Shown one piece after another: positions 1 to 10,977 of a DNA stretch of 40,941 nt (position 1 is the first letter of the stretch; each line of letters begins with the position of its first letter). The notes beneath the pieces are model-generated. The model was given only the letters and a program-made list of their open reading frames with translations. It did not search any database and had not been told where the DNA came from. A program made the position numbers and the translations under genes. This stretch comes from Thraustochytrium aureum (lineage: Eukaryota). Where the stretch lies: NCBI GenBank assembly GCA_012862495.1, contig BLSG01000227.1, forward strand, positions 64,845 to 105,785, read 5' to 3'.

Positions 1-2608
1 TGACGATGGGCAACGACAACCAAAACCCGCCGGCTGGCACGCGCGCGTACGACGACGCACAGGCGTTTGCAGCCCTGTTCCCGAGGAAGGCCAAGGAGCT
101 GCCAGTGCTGATCGTCGCGTCGTGCGACGACGAGGGGTGCGACCTGACGCGCGACAAGGCCATGCAGTCGTTCGCGAAAGAGCTCTTCAAAGCCGTCGCC
201 AAATACAACGCGACGCACGGCAACGTACTCGATATGATGAGCTACTACTCGATCGACCTGGCGGGCGTGCGAGGGTCGTTCATGTCAGATTCGCGGCAGA
301 CGACCTTCATGACCGTGATCGAGTCCAACGACGCGCTCACCAACGACCGCTACAACTTTATCAAGTGGCTCAATGCGCGCATTGAGGAGCTCCACCCGGG
401 CAAGGAGGGGCACAACAAGTACACGGTGGGCACCACCGGGTTTGACGCGATGGCGCTCGAGGGCGTCGACGCAACCGCCGACGAGCTCAAGCGCGTCGAC
501 TCGTTCACCGTGCCCCTCGCGATGGCGCTCCTGGCCTACATGGTTCGGAGTTGGCGGCTACTGATCATCGCTTTCATCAACACGGGCGCGTCTATCATGC
601 TGGGCTTTGCGCTCATGGTGATCCTCATCAAGGACTTGGGACTGCCGCGGCCCGAGAGTGCCTCTGCCCAGCTCATGGAGGTCATGAGCCTCAGCCTGAG
701 CATCGACTACTGCCTATTCCTGTGCCGGCGATTTCGGGACGAGATCAAGGCGGGCGCAGATCCAGAGACGGCAGTTTTCCGTGCGATGCTGACGGCCGGC
801 CACGTCGTGCTGATGAGCGGGATCACCATCCTCGCGGTGTTCTTGGGGTTTTTGTTCCTCCCGGCCCGCGTCGTGCGCATGGACGGCACGTCGTGCGCAA
901 TCGGCGTCGCGTGCGCCATCGTGATTGCGCTCACCAACACCCCGGCCCTCTTGCTCATGTTTCCGCGATTCTTCTCCACCTTTGACGGCTGCTGTGGGCG
1001 GCCTCCGTGAGCGAGCTCTGCTGTCGGCCGGGCAAGGGCGCGGCGGAGAGCGAGGATGAATCACAGGATCAGCAGAGGCGAAGGCCGCTGTTGTCTGCGT
1101 CGTCGTTCGACTCTATCGATGGCGACGGCGACGGCGTAGGCGCCGGCGATGGGGATCGGTGCGGGGCCGAAGCCGGGGCGGACCAGCGGGCCGCGGGCGA
1201 GGCAGAGGCCGCGCTCGACTTTGGCGCTGAGACTTGGGTACCGCCGCACCCGATGTACCGTGGGGTGCGATTCCGGTTCACGCGCTTCATCACGCAGTGG
1301 CCGTACAATATCGGCGTCATCCTCGCCTTGTACGTGATGGTCATCCCGCTTGCGCTGCAGGTGACGCGGCTGCAGGTCAACCAAGATATCATCGTGGGGA
1401 TCCCGCGCGGGTCGGCGGCGGGCGACACCTTTCGGCGCATGGTGCACGACTTTCACGGCGGGTCGTTCAGCCCCTTCTACATCGTCGCTACTGCGGGGCC
1501 GCACCACAAGTCGGTCCTGAACGCCGCCGCGTTTGAGCAAATGCGTGACGTGGCCTACACGGTGCTGAACGGCCCGTACTGCGGCGGCGACGTGCGCTGC
1601 GTGTCGAGCCCAGCGCTTGCTGGCGGCCGCAACGTCTCCGTGTTGGAAGCGCGAGCCCTGCTCGCGACTGCGAGGTCGCCGCTATGCCGGAACCCGCTTT
1701 GGGTGCCTGGCGAGGTGTGCGATGGCCCTCGGCAGTACGAGTTTCTTTTCGAGCAGAGCGTCAACGAGCAGCGGAGCGCGGCTCTGACGACGATCATCGT
1801 CCCCTTCTTCCCCTTTGCGCAAAACTCGAGCGCGTTTATCGACACCGTGTACGACGCCATGGCGCGGTTCGAGAGCGACGGGATGCCGCTGTACCTGAGC
1901 GGTTTCGAGGTGGCGTTCGACTCGATTATGCGGCACGTGTACCACCTGTTCCCCATGCTGATCGCAATCACTCTGGGCACGGTGTTCGTCGCTTTGGGGG
2001 TCATGCTGCGCTCTGCGTTTGTGCCGGTGCGGCTCAGTCTCACGCTCGTGCTGCCGCTCGCGTTTGTGTTTGGGCTCGGGGTGGTTGTCTACCAAGACGG
2101 GGCGCTGAGCGGGCTGAGCGCGTCCACGAAGCCGCTGGGCGGGTTTTATTGGTACATTCCCATTTTGATCACGAGCATCAGCCTTGCGCTGGCGCTGGAT
2201 TACGACATCTTTTTGATCAGCCGCATCGCCGAGCACCGGGCCAACCACCACGACATCCAGGCGGCGATCGTGCGCGCGGTGTGCGAGACGGGTGGGACCA
2301 TCAGTGCGGCCGGGCTCATCATGACGGCCTGCTTTGGCGGTATGCTGCTCAGCTCGCAGGGCACGATCAACGAGTCTGGCTGGCTACTGAGCACCGGCGT
2401 GCTGCTGGACACGTTTGTGGTCAATGTGGCGCTCGTGCCTGCGCTGATGAGCGTTGGCGATGCAGTGGCTTGGTGGCCGACCAGGATGCCCAGCAAGGGC
2501 CTAATCACGCTGGACCACCCGCACTTTACGGGCCGCTTCAAGGCTGGCGGGGCGACTGCCTGCTCGGAAGGGACGAGCGTCTCGTCGAGCGCAGCGTCGC
2601 GCGAGTAG
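1..2608 (+). CDS. MMPL-family (RND superfamily) multi-pass membrane transporter; 5' end probably outside the window; one frameshift near 997
   Basis: ORFs 6..1010 and 1007..2608 each carry one MMPL half, with motifs SIDYCLFLCRRFRDE / GHVVLMSGITI and LDYDIFLISRIAE / TISAAGLIMTACFGG plus many TM helices. Adding one G to the GGG run near 996-998 fuses them in frame. Confidence 0.85.
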
Positions 2609-2664
2609 TAGAGCTACCTACAGCAGCGTCTCCATAGCTCCAGATCCCCATAATTTATTCATTT

Positions 2665-2736
2665 TTATAAAACATCCACAAGACTTGCCGGGGCTTTGGC
2701 GGCGCAGGCGCGGACCAAGACGCAAACACAAGCGCA
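2665..2736 (-). CDS. Possible 3' end of a gene hidden in gap 2737-3547
   Basis: The minus frame reads CACVCVLVRACAAKAPASLVDVL* and is followed by AATAAA (2659-2654). A (GCAG)n tract lies on the same strand on the far side of the gap. Confidence 0.3.
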   Translation of the reverse strand, partial: CACVCVLVRACAAKAPASLVDVL

Positions 2737-4128
2737 NNNNNNNNNNNNNNNNNNNNNNNNNNNNNNNNNNNNNNNNNNNNNNNNNNNNNNNNNNNNNNNN
2801 NNNNNNNNNNNNNNNNNNNNNNNNNNNNNNNNNNNNNNNNNNNNNNNNNNNNNNNNNNNNNNNNNNNNNNNNNNNNNNNNNNNNNNNNNNNNNNNNNNNN
2901 NNNNNNNNNNNNNNNNNNNNNNNNNNNNNNNNNNNNNNNNNNNNNNNNNNNNNNNNNNNNNNNNNNNNNNNNNNNNNNNNNNNNNNNNNNNNNNNNNNNN
3001 NNNNNNNNNNNNNNNNNNNNNNNNNNNNNNNNNNNNNNNNNNNNNNNNNNNNNNNNNNNNNNNNNNNNNNNNNNNNNNNNNNNNNNNNNNNNNNNNNNNN
3101 NNNNNNNNNNNNNNNNNNNNNNNNNNNNNNNNNNNNNNNNNNNNNNNNNNNNNNNNNNNNNNNNNNNNNNNNNNNNNNNNNNNNNNNNNNNNNNNNNNNN
3201 NNNNNNNNNNNNNNNNNNNNNNNNNNNNNNNNNNNNNNNNNNNNNNNNNNNNNNNNNNNNNNNNNNNNNNNNNNNNNNNNNNNNNNNNNNNNNNNNNNNN
3301 NNNNNNNNNNNNNNNNNNNNNNNNNNNNNNNNNNNNNNNNNNNNNNNNNNNNNNNNNNNNNNNNNNNNNNNNNNNNNNNNNNNNNNNNNNNNNNNNNNNN
3401 NNNNNNNNNNNNNNNNNNNNNNNNNNNNNNNNNNNNNNNNNNNNNNNNNNNNNNNNNNNNNNNNNNNNNNNNNNNNNNNNNNNNNNNNNNNNNNNNNNNN
3501 NNNNNNNNNNNNNNNNNNNNNNNNNNNNNNNNNNNNNNNNNNNNNNNGAGGGAGGGAGGAGGGAGCGAGGTGCGTGACGGCCAGCATGCGTGGCTCTGGC
3601 ACACGCACGCACGCGAGCCGCCCCGCCCGCCTGCCTGCCTTGGCCTTCCTGCCTGCCTGCCTGCCTCGGCCTGCCTGGCCGCCTGGCGAATTCCTGACAG
3701 GCCAGTCCCACTGTGGCCTCGGATGGAAGGCCCTCGAGTGCAGCGAGCGGTACACACCGAGACGCGCCCAGTGGGCGAGGGCGAGGTGCGTGTCGTTGCT
3801 GGGGGCGCTCGCTGATCGCGAGCAGAACGAGCCGCGCAGAACTTCGGCAACCGCGCGCGAGGTCTTGCCGCGCGGCGGCGATCGAGGTCATCGAGGTGGT
3901 GTCTTCTTCCCCGCTCGTGACTGGTCGAAGCGAGTTGCGGTCGTTGGCCGGCCGCCCTGCGCGGTTGAACCGCTCGAACGAGCGAGTCCGATGCCGCGGG
4001 GCTTGCTTGCGCCGCCCGAGGCGGGCACAAATTCCCTCAACTTTCAGTAGGTAGGCGGCCCTGTACCAGTGCTTGCATCACGCGGAGAGCAACGCGGAAG
4101 CGCGCGCGCGCGGGCAAGCTCGGCAGCG

Positions 4129-4641
4129 ATGGCCGCTCGAGAGGTGGTGCTCGGCGAGGTGACGCCCATCCTGCGCGTTTTCGAATTCTCCCTCGCGAGC
4201 AAGTTCTACGTCGACTTGCTCGGGTTCACCGTCGACTGGGAACACCGGTTCGACCAAGCGAGCCCGCTGTACGTGCAGGTCTCCCGCGGCTCGGTGAAGC
4301 TGCACCTGAGCGAGCACACTGGCGACGCCAGCCCCGGGGCAAAGGTGCGGATCAACGCTGGGGCAAGCCTAGATGCGCTTCTGGCCGAGCTGCTGTCCAG
4401 GCCTGTCGCAGGCGACGCGCCGAGCATCGTCGAGCAGCCCTGGGGTATGCGCGAGATGATCCTCGCCGACCCGTGTGGCAACAGGCTCGTGTTTTACGCA
4501 GACACGCAAACACTTGAGCGGGCGAGGAGGACCAAGGCCCACCAGCCGCACAGGGCAACGCCGCCTGAGGGAACGGGGAGCAAACTCGAACATTACAACC
4601 TTGCTTGTTCTACGCAAAGCTCCGCTCGTAGCGGCCCGTAA
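4129..4641 (+). CDS. VOC/glyoxalase-bleomycin resistance superfamily protein (bacterial-like)
   Basis: TPILRVF...FYVDLLGFTVDWEHRF...LYVQVSRG...LHLSEH.GD...PG and EQPWGMREM...DPCGNRLVF are typical VOC motifs. ATG is at 4129. The true stop may be earlier (about 4517) if another indel is present. Confidence 0.85.
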   Translation: MAAREVVLGEVTPILRVFEFSLASKFYVDLLGFTVDWEHRFDQASPLYVQVSRGSVKLHLSEHTGDASPGAKVRINAGASLDALLAELLSRPVAGDAPSIVEQPWGMREMILADPCGNRLVFYADTQTLERARRTKAHQPHRATPPEGTGSKLEHYNLACSTQSSARSGP

Positions 4642-5357
4642 CGATGTTGAACGCAAGCCCCGGTGGGTCGCGCGGCGGCGCCACGTCAAAGTTGGCCTTC
4701 GCGCGCCGCGTAGCCGTCAGGGCCTCCTTGCGTGGCGTCTGGAACGCCGTCCACGCGGACGACTCGAACCTTGTCGTGGCGCTCACTCCGCTCGCGTCCG
4801 CAACCTCGTAGTTGGTCTTGCAAGCGGTCACGCGGTCAAATGCGGGCTGCCTGCGCTGAAACTCCTTTGACAGAACCGACGTGTTCGGGTGGAACGACAT
4901 GCTCTCTGTNNNNNNNNNNNNNNNNNNNNNNNNNNNNNNNNNNNNNNNNNNNNNNNNNNNNNNNNNNNNNNNNNNNNNNNNNNNNNNNNNNNNNNNNNNN
5001 NNNNNNNNNNNNNNNNNNNNNNNNNNNNNNNNNNNNNNNNNNNNNNNNNNNNNNNNNNNNNNNNNNNNNNNNNNNNNNNNNNNNNNNNNNNNNNNNNNNN
5101 NNNNNNNNNNNNNNNNNNNNNNNNNNNNNNNNNNNNNNNNNNNNNNNNNNNNNNNNNNNNNNNNNNNNNNNNNNNNNNNNNNNNNNNNNNNNNNNNNNNN
5201 NNNNNNNNNNNNNNNNNNNNNNNNNNNNNNNNNNNNNNNNNNNNNNNNNNNNNNNNNNNNNNNNNNNNNNNNNNNNNNNNNNNNNNATATACCCGATGCT
5301 CCAGTGCGTGGCCTTCATGGACGCCCCGGGCCCGCTCGTCATCGTGCGTTTGCCCAT
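4610..5357 (-). CDS. Hypothetical protein spanning gap 4910-5286
   Basis: An ATG at 5357 (GCGATG context) gives MGKRTMTSGPGASMKATHWSIGY before the gap. After the gap an open frame ends ...FNIVTGRYERSFA* at 4610. The joining is inferred. Confidence 0.35.
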
Positions 5358-5806
5358 CGCGGGCGTTGCCGGGCGCCAACTGGCACGCCTTCTTCAGCAC
5401 CAGCGCGGCTCGATTCGGGCACAGCACCCCACGCGTATGCTCTGCACGGACCAGGGCCTGCGGGACGCCTTCGCAGGTTGTTGTCTGGCTTGGGATCTGG
5501 TGGGCGGTGCATGGGTGGATGGACGGGTTGCTCGGCGCGCCAATTGTAAACGGGACCTTTTTTCTTTTTTTTTCGTTTCTCGCGCCCGAGTACCCAGTTG
5601 CCACTGCGTCGATGGGGACGGCCGGGGCGCAGCGTGCTGCGGCGAGCGCCATGCAGGGCGGCCTCCCCCAGCTAGCTACTCTAGAGATTGAGGCTGCTGA
5701 GTGCGACGGGACGGCGTGGCGGGGCCGGCAGGGCCTGGCGCAGAGTCACTCAGTTACTCCTCTATCTATCTATCCGCAGCGGCCCAGCCAGACCACCAGC
5801 TCGAGC

Positions 5807-7119
5807 TCAGTCCGCGTGACCAAGGCCGGGCCCAGAGCGCAGGCCGCGCCACTCTGCAGCGCCGAATCCGCGGTACTTGGACGCGTCGTTTGGCGGGCCG
5901 CGAGCGTAATGAAACACAGCGGCGCCCTGCGCTGACCCCGCGGCGAGGCCGGTGCCTCGCGCCTGCTGCGCCGCGCGACCAGCCTGGTGCGCCTTGCGAC
6001 GCGCCTCCTCGTCGGCCTGCTCGGCCAAATCTGTGGCACTTAGCGTGTCTGGAGCAAGCTTGATCGAGACTGCGCCCTCAGTGCCCTGCATGCGGTACGA
6101 CACGCGCGTGCCGATCTTGAGCGCTGCGAAAAGCTCGGGGTCATCCTTGAGCGAAAAGTACACGGCGCGCGTGGCGCCCTTGGTCTTCTTCTTGCCCTTG
6201 CCTGCAGGCTGACCCGACAGCGGGGCGATAAACCCCTCCAGGTTGGCCTTGTCCAAGGTTCGCACCTTCCCCAGCGTCTCGGCGCCGGGGGCAGGCGACT
6301 TTGCCGCCTTCGACGCCCTGTCGCTCTCCTGCTCTGGCAAAGCGCCTCCGCTCTCGAGCGGCGCCTGGGCCGTGAGCGCTTCATCGGGCGCGCCCTTGGA
6401 CTGCGAATCGCCCTCATCCTCCTGCGGCTGTTGCTGCGGCTGCTTTGCTTTGGCGGGGCGCTCCGGCTTCACCTGCAAGCCACTGCGCCAGTCGCTGCCA
6501 GCGTGGATGCTAACGGCAGACTCGGCTAGCGCAGCCGACCTGAACTCGACGATGCCGTGCGGCCGTGAGGGAAACCGTGACTTGCCCTTTTGCTGTTGTT
6601 CCACGACGAGCTTGGCGCTCAAGCCGCGCCTTCGCCCAGCTTGCCGTTAAAGTAAGCCAACAGCAAGTCCGCCGTCACCTCGCCACGCTCGCCGCGCCGC
6701 AGCAGAGCCTGCAAGTTCGTCACGCGGACGGGGTTGCGCAGCTGCTCCTCCTGCTGGCGCCGTTGCTGACGCGCCAGGTGCGCGGGCAGCCCGCGCGTCC
6801 TGCCGACCTGCGTGCGGTCGTCGCTGAGTTTGAGCAGCGCCGGAGGGCCGACTTGCCTCTCGCGCCACTCGATGGCCTCCACGATGTCGAGCTGCGTGAC
6901 GCGTTTCGCGCGCAGCCGAGGAAAGGTGAGCAAGGTCTCGATCGGCACCATGGCCTTCTCATCGCCCTTCATCGTCTGCACGAACAGAAACTCATCCGAC
7001 GGCAGGTTGCGGTTGCCAAAGTAGTACTCGAGCTGCCTCGCAAGCTCCTTCACCGCGCGCGCGCGCGCGGTCGCCACGAACAGCTCCAGCTCGACATTGC
7101 CTTGCATGGCCATCGCCAT
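5807..7119 (-). CDS. La-related RNA-binding protein, LARP6-like (La motif + RRM + CSD/S1-like + SUZ-C/LSA); frameshift near 6622
   Basis: La motif QLEYYFGNRNLPSDEFL...VPIETLLTFPRL. The RRM (VRVTNL...GIVEFRSAALAESAV...DWRSGLQVK) is split across the two ORFs. C-terminal ARGPPNDASKYRGFG resembles SUZ-C. One missing base at GGCGCGGCTTGAGC joins 7119..6619 to 6622..5807. Confidence 0.8.
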
Positions 7120-8316
7120 CTCGCGGCCAACCTCACCCGATCCGAGCCGGTCTGCCGGCCAAGCGCCGAGCGGTCGCGCGCAAGGTCACCGCACCAGCTC
7201 GCTCCAGGTCGACTACCGCCCAGCTGCGCGCGTGGTCTTGCCGGCCGGGGCGCGGTCGGGACTGCGCCATCGCCGCGCCCCAGCCANNNNNNNNNNNNNN
7301 NNNNNNNNNNNNNNNNNNNNNNNNNNNNNNNNNNNNNNNNNNNNNNNNNNNNNNNNNNNNNNNNNNNNNNNNNNNNNNNNNNNNNNNNNNNNNNNNNNNN
7401 NNNNNNNNNNNNNNNNNNNNNNNNNNNNNNNNNNNNNNNNNNNNNNNNNNNNNNNNNNNNNNNNNNNNNNNNNNNNNNNNNNNNNNNNNNNNNNNNNNNN
7501 NNNNNNNNNNNNNNNNNNNNNNNNNNNNNNNNNNNNNNNNNNNNNNNNNNNNNNNNNNNNNNNNNNNNNNNNNNNNNNNNNNNNNNNNNNNNNNNNNNNN
7601 NNNNNNNNNNNNNNNNNNNNNNNNNNNNNNNNNNNNNNNNNNNNNNNNNNNNNNNNNNNNNNNNNNNNNNNNNNNNNNNNNNNNNNNNNNNNNNNNNNNN
7701 NNNNNNNNNNNNNNNNNNNNNNNNNNNNNNNNNNNNNNNNNNNNNNNNNNNNNNNNNNNNNNNNNNNNNNNNNNNNNNNNNNNNNNNNNNNNNNNNNNNN
7801 NNNNNNNNNNNNNNNNNNNNNNNNNNNNNNNNNNNNNNNNNNNNNNNNNNNNNNNNNNNNNNNNNNNNNNNNNNNNNNNNNNNNNNNNNNNNNNNNNNNN
7901 NNNNNNNNNNNNNNNNNNNNNNNNNNNNNNNNNNNNNNNNNNNNNNNNNNNNNNNNNNNNNNNNNNNNNNNNNNNNNNNNNNNNNNNNNNNNNNNNNNNN
8001 NNNNNNNNNNNNNNNNNNNNNNNNNNNNNNNNNNNNNNNNNNNNNNNNNNNNNNNNNNNNNNNNNNNNNNNNNNNNNNNNNNNNNNNNNNNNNNNNNNNN
8101 NNNNNNNNNNNNNNNNNNNNNNNNNNNNNNNNNNNNNNNNNNNNNNNNNNNNNNNNNNNNNNNNNNNNNNNNNNTTTGCCAAGGGCCACAAAAAGCGCAA
8201 GATGTAGTAGCCCTGCCGTTCTTGTCGCGGGGGCGGCGGACTGGGCGGGTTATGGAGATGTATGGAGGTGTTGGTGGCTACATTTCTTTGGGCTTGCGGT
8301 CAGCTTGCTCGGCGCG

Positions 8317-10917
8317 TCACGCGGCCGAGTCGGCCTGAGCAAGCTCGTGCTGCCGCAGCGCCTGCAGCTGCACTACCGCCGCGCGCCGCAGGCGTTCCGA
8401 GGAGAACAAGCCCTGGTCGGCTTCGAGCTCGAGCTCGGGCGCTACGAGCGAGGACAGGAACAGCTCCTTGTCGTCCTTGAAGAGGTTGCGCACCTCGGCC
8501 GGCATCGAGGACCAGTACTCGGACCAGTACTTGCTCACCTTGTCGACAGGGACCGCCGGCAGGCCTGGCTCGCCCGTCGCTCCAGCTTGTTCGTTGTCCG
8601 GCGCGGATTTGACGCCACCAGCAGCTCTGCTGCCCTGATCGCGCTGTGAACCCGTGTCCAAAACGTCGCCCTCGAAAAAGGTGGGGATATCGGTCTCGAG
8701 GAGCTCTGCGTCCTGGCCGAGCTCGGCAGCTTGCTCGCGGAAGACCTCGGCCAAGATCTCCACTTGGTTTTGCAGCACGCGGTCGACGTCCGCTTCAAAG
8801 GTGAGCGGGTTTGCGATTACGACGCGCAATGCCACAATAGGAATGCCGTACACGGGCGAGCGGACTGTGGTCCGGCTCACAAACGTCCTCCCCTGCAGCG
8901 TCTGCCTTCGCTGCAGCTCGATATTGAGCTCATCGATGGCCGCGTTGTCATCCTCGCTGAGCCCGGCGGGGTCGGAGCTGAGGCGGCTGTGGAGGTGGCG
9001 CGGTATGCACCTGTAGAGCAGAATGTTGGTCATCGGGCGCACGACGAGCTGGAACCACCCGTTAGAGTTGGCGATGCGCTGCGCCATGTAGGCCACGGTG
9101 CGCACGCTGCGATCGACGAGAATTTCGTAGCCCCGGACGCCAAAAATGTTGAGGTTTGAGTGCAGGTAGACGGCGTTGGCGGGGCGAGAGCCCTCCAGCG
9201 TAAACTTGCCGAGGTCGTGCGAGTCCTTCCGAATGATGTAGCGCGCCGTCTTGCGTACCGCCAGGCTGAGCTCTGGGTCGCGGAAAAAGCAGAGCCCGCA
9301 GCCCATCGGCATGTACAGCTGCTTGTGGCCGTCGAGAGTCACAGAGTGCGCGCGGTCGATGCCGTTGAGCAGCCGCCCGTGCCGCCGGGAAAATATGCAC
9401 GGACCGCCCCAGGCTGCGTCTACGTGGAAGTGCACCCCGTGCTCCTCCGCTAGCCCCGCTATGGCTGCCAGGTCGTCGATCGAGCCCGTTTCGGTGGCGC
9501 CCGCCACGCCCAAGACGGCGACGACCAAGACCTTGCGGTTTGCGCATTCGCGCAGCTGCTCGGCCATGAGGTCGGTGCGGACGCGAAAGTCGGCGTCAAA
9601 GGGGACGGACACGAGTGCGTTGGTGCCGAGGCCGAGCACGTCCGCGGCCTTGGCCATCGAGTAGTGAAGCAACTCGGAGCCCACGATCACGGCGCCCTCG
9701 TATCCGTAGTGCTTGAGCGCGGCGAAGAGCCCCTCCTGCTCGACGCCCGCGAACGCCGGTCGCCCCTCTTTCGCCTCGCTCGCACCAAGCGCTACGTTGC
9801 GCGCGACCCACAGCGCGGTCACGTTGGCCAGTGTGCCGCCCGACGCAAACACTCCCAGGACGGTTCCAGGGTCCTGCGCATAGGCGTCGTAAAACGCTTG
9901 CTCGCGCTTGTAAATTTGCCGGTGCAGCTGCGCCATGGCCTCGCGCTCCAAAAACGTCATGGTGTTGGCCGTCTCTGTCTTGACGCAGTTCTGGTTCATG
10001 GTNNNNNNNNNNNNNNNNNNNNNNNNNNNNNNNNNNNNNNNNNNNNNNNNNNNNNNNNNNNNNNNNNNNNNNNNNNNNNNNNNNNNNNNNNNNNNNNNNN
10101 NNNNNNNNNNNNNNNNNNNNNNNNNNNNNNNNNNNNNNNNNNNNNNNNNNNNNNNNNNNNNNNNNNNNNNNNNNNNNNNNNNNNNNNNNNNNNNNNNNNN
10201 NNNNNNNNNNNNNNNNNNNNNNNNNNNNNNNNNNNNNNNNNNNNNNNNNNNNNNNNNNNNNNNNNNNNNNNNNNNNNNNNNNNNNNNNNNNNNNNNNNNN
10301 NNNNNNNNNNNNNNNNNNNNNNNNNNNNNNNNNNNNNNNNNNNNNNNNNNNNNNNNNNNNNNNNNNNNNNNNNNNNNNNNNNNNNNNNNNNNNNNNNNNN
10401 NNNNNNNNNNNNNNNNNNNNNNNNNNNNNNNNNNNNNNNNNNNNNNNNNNNNNNNNNNNNNNNNNNNNNNNNNNNNNNNNNNNNNNNNNNNNNNNNNNNN
10501 NNNNNNNNNNNNNNNNNNNNNNNNNNNNNNNNNNNNNNNNNNNNNNNNNNNNNNNNNNNNNNNNNNNNNNNNNNNNNNNNNNNNNNNNNNNNNNNNNNNN
10601 NNNNNNNNNNNNNNNNNNNNNNNNNNNNNNNNNNNNNNNNNNNNNNNNNNNNNNNNNNNNNNNNNNNNNNNNNNNNNNNNNNNNNNNNNNNNNNNNNNNN
10701 NNNNNNNNNNNNNNNNNNNNNNNNNNNNNNNNNNNNNNNNNNNNNNNNNNNNNNNNNNNNNNNNNNNNNNNNNNNNNNNNNNNNNNNNNNNNNNNNNNNN
10801 NNNNNNNNNNNNNNNNNNNNNNNNNNCATCCTTCCCCACGCCTGGACGGTCCGGGCCCCTTGCGGCCTGCAACGCGACCTGTTCGAACGTGTCCAGCCTG
10901 GGACGATCAAACTCCAT
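8317..10917 (-). CDS. Group II PLP-dependent decarboxylase, PanP-like (pyridoxal-dependent aspartate 1-decarboxylase-like); N-terminal part in gap
   Basis: Motifs NQNCVKTET, GVFASGGTLANVTALWVARN, EGLFAALKHYGY, HYSMAKAADVLGLG, AGATETGSIDDL, FHVDAAWGG, SVTLDGHKQLY (PLP lysine) and DLGKFTLEGSRP. The start is uncertain: ATG at 10917, ATG at 10829, or within gap 10003-10826. Confidence 0.85.
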   Translation of the reverse strand: MEFDRPRLDTFEQVALQAARGPDRPGVGKDXXXXXXXXXXXXXXXXXXXXXXXXXXXXXXXXXXXXXXXXXXXXXXXXXXXXXXXXXXXXXXXXXXXXXXXXXXXXXXXXXXXXXXXXXXXXXXXXXXXXXXXXXXXXXXXXXXXXXXXXXXXXXXXXXXXXXXXXXXXXXXXXXXXXXXXXXXXXXXXXXXXXXXXXXXXXXXXXXXXXXXXXXXXXXXXXXXXXXXXXXXXXXXXXXXXXXXXXXXXXXXXXXXXXXXXXXXXXXXXXXXXXXXXXXXXXXXXXXXXXXXXXXXXXXXXXXXXTMNQNCVKTETANTMTFLEREAMAQLHRQIYKREQAFYDAYAQDPGTVLGVFASGGTLANVTALWVARNVALGASEAKEGRPAFAGVEQEGLFAALKHYGYEGAVIVGSELLHYSMAKAADVLGLGTNALVSVPFDADFRVRTDLMAEQLRECANRKVLVVAVLGVAGATETGSIDDLAAIAGLAEEHGVHFHVDAAWGGPCIFSRRHGRLLNGIDRAHSVTLDGHKQLYMPMGCGLCFFRDPELSLAVRKTARYIIRKDSHDLGKFTLEGSRPANAVYLHSNLNIFGVRGYEILVDRSVRTVAYMAQRIANSNGWFQLVVRPMTNILLYRCIPRHLHSRLSSDPAGLSEDDNAAIDELNIELQRRQTLQGRTFVSRTTVRSPVYGIPIVALRVVIANPLTFEADVDRVLQNQVEILAEVFREQAAELGQDAELLETDIPTFFEGDVLDTGSQRDQGSRAAGGVKSAPDNEQAGATGEPGLPAVPVDKVSKYWSEYWSSMPAEVRNLFKDDKELFLSSLVAPELELEADQGLFSSERLRRAAVVQLQALRQHELAQADSAA

Positions 10918-10977
10918 CGACTCAAAGCTCCGCCTATCCTGAGTAGTACTCGTACGTAGACGCGCGACGCGAACAGG

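Noticed and set aside
5807..7119. LARP7/p65/Pof8 telomerase subunit orthologue
   Set aside because: The RRM signature and SUZ-C-like end fit LARP6 and no xRRM is recognisable. It is kept only as a speculative linkage finding.
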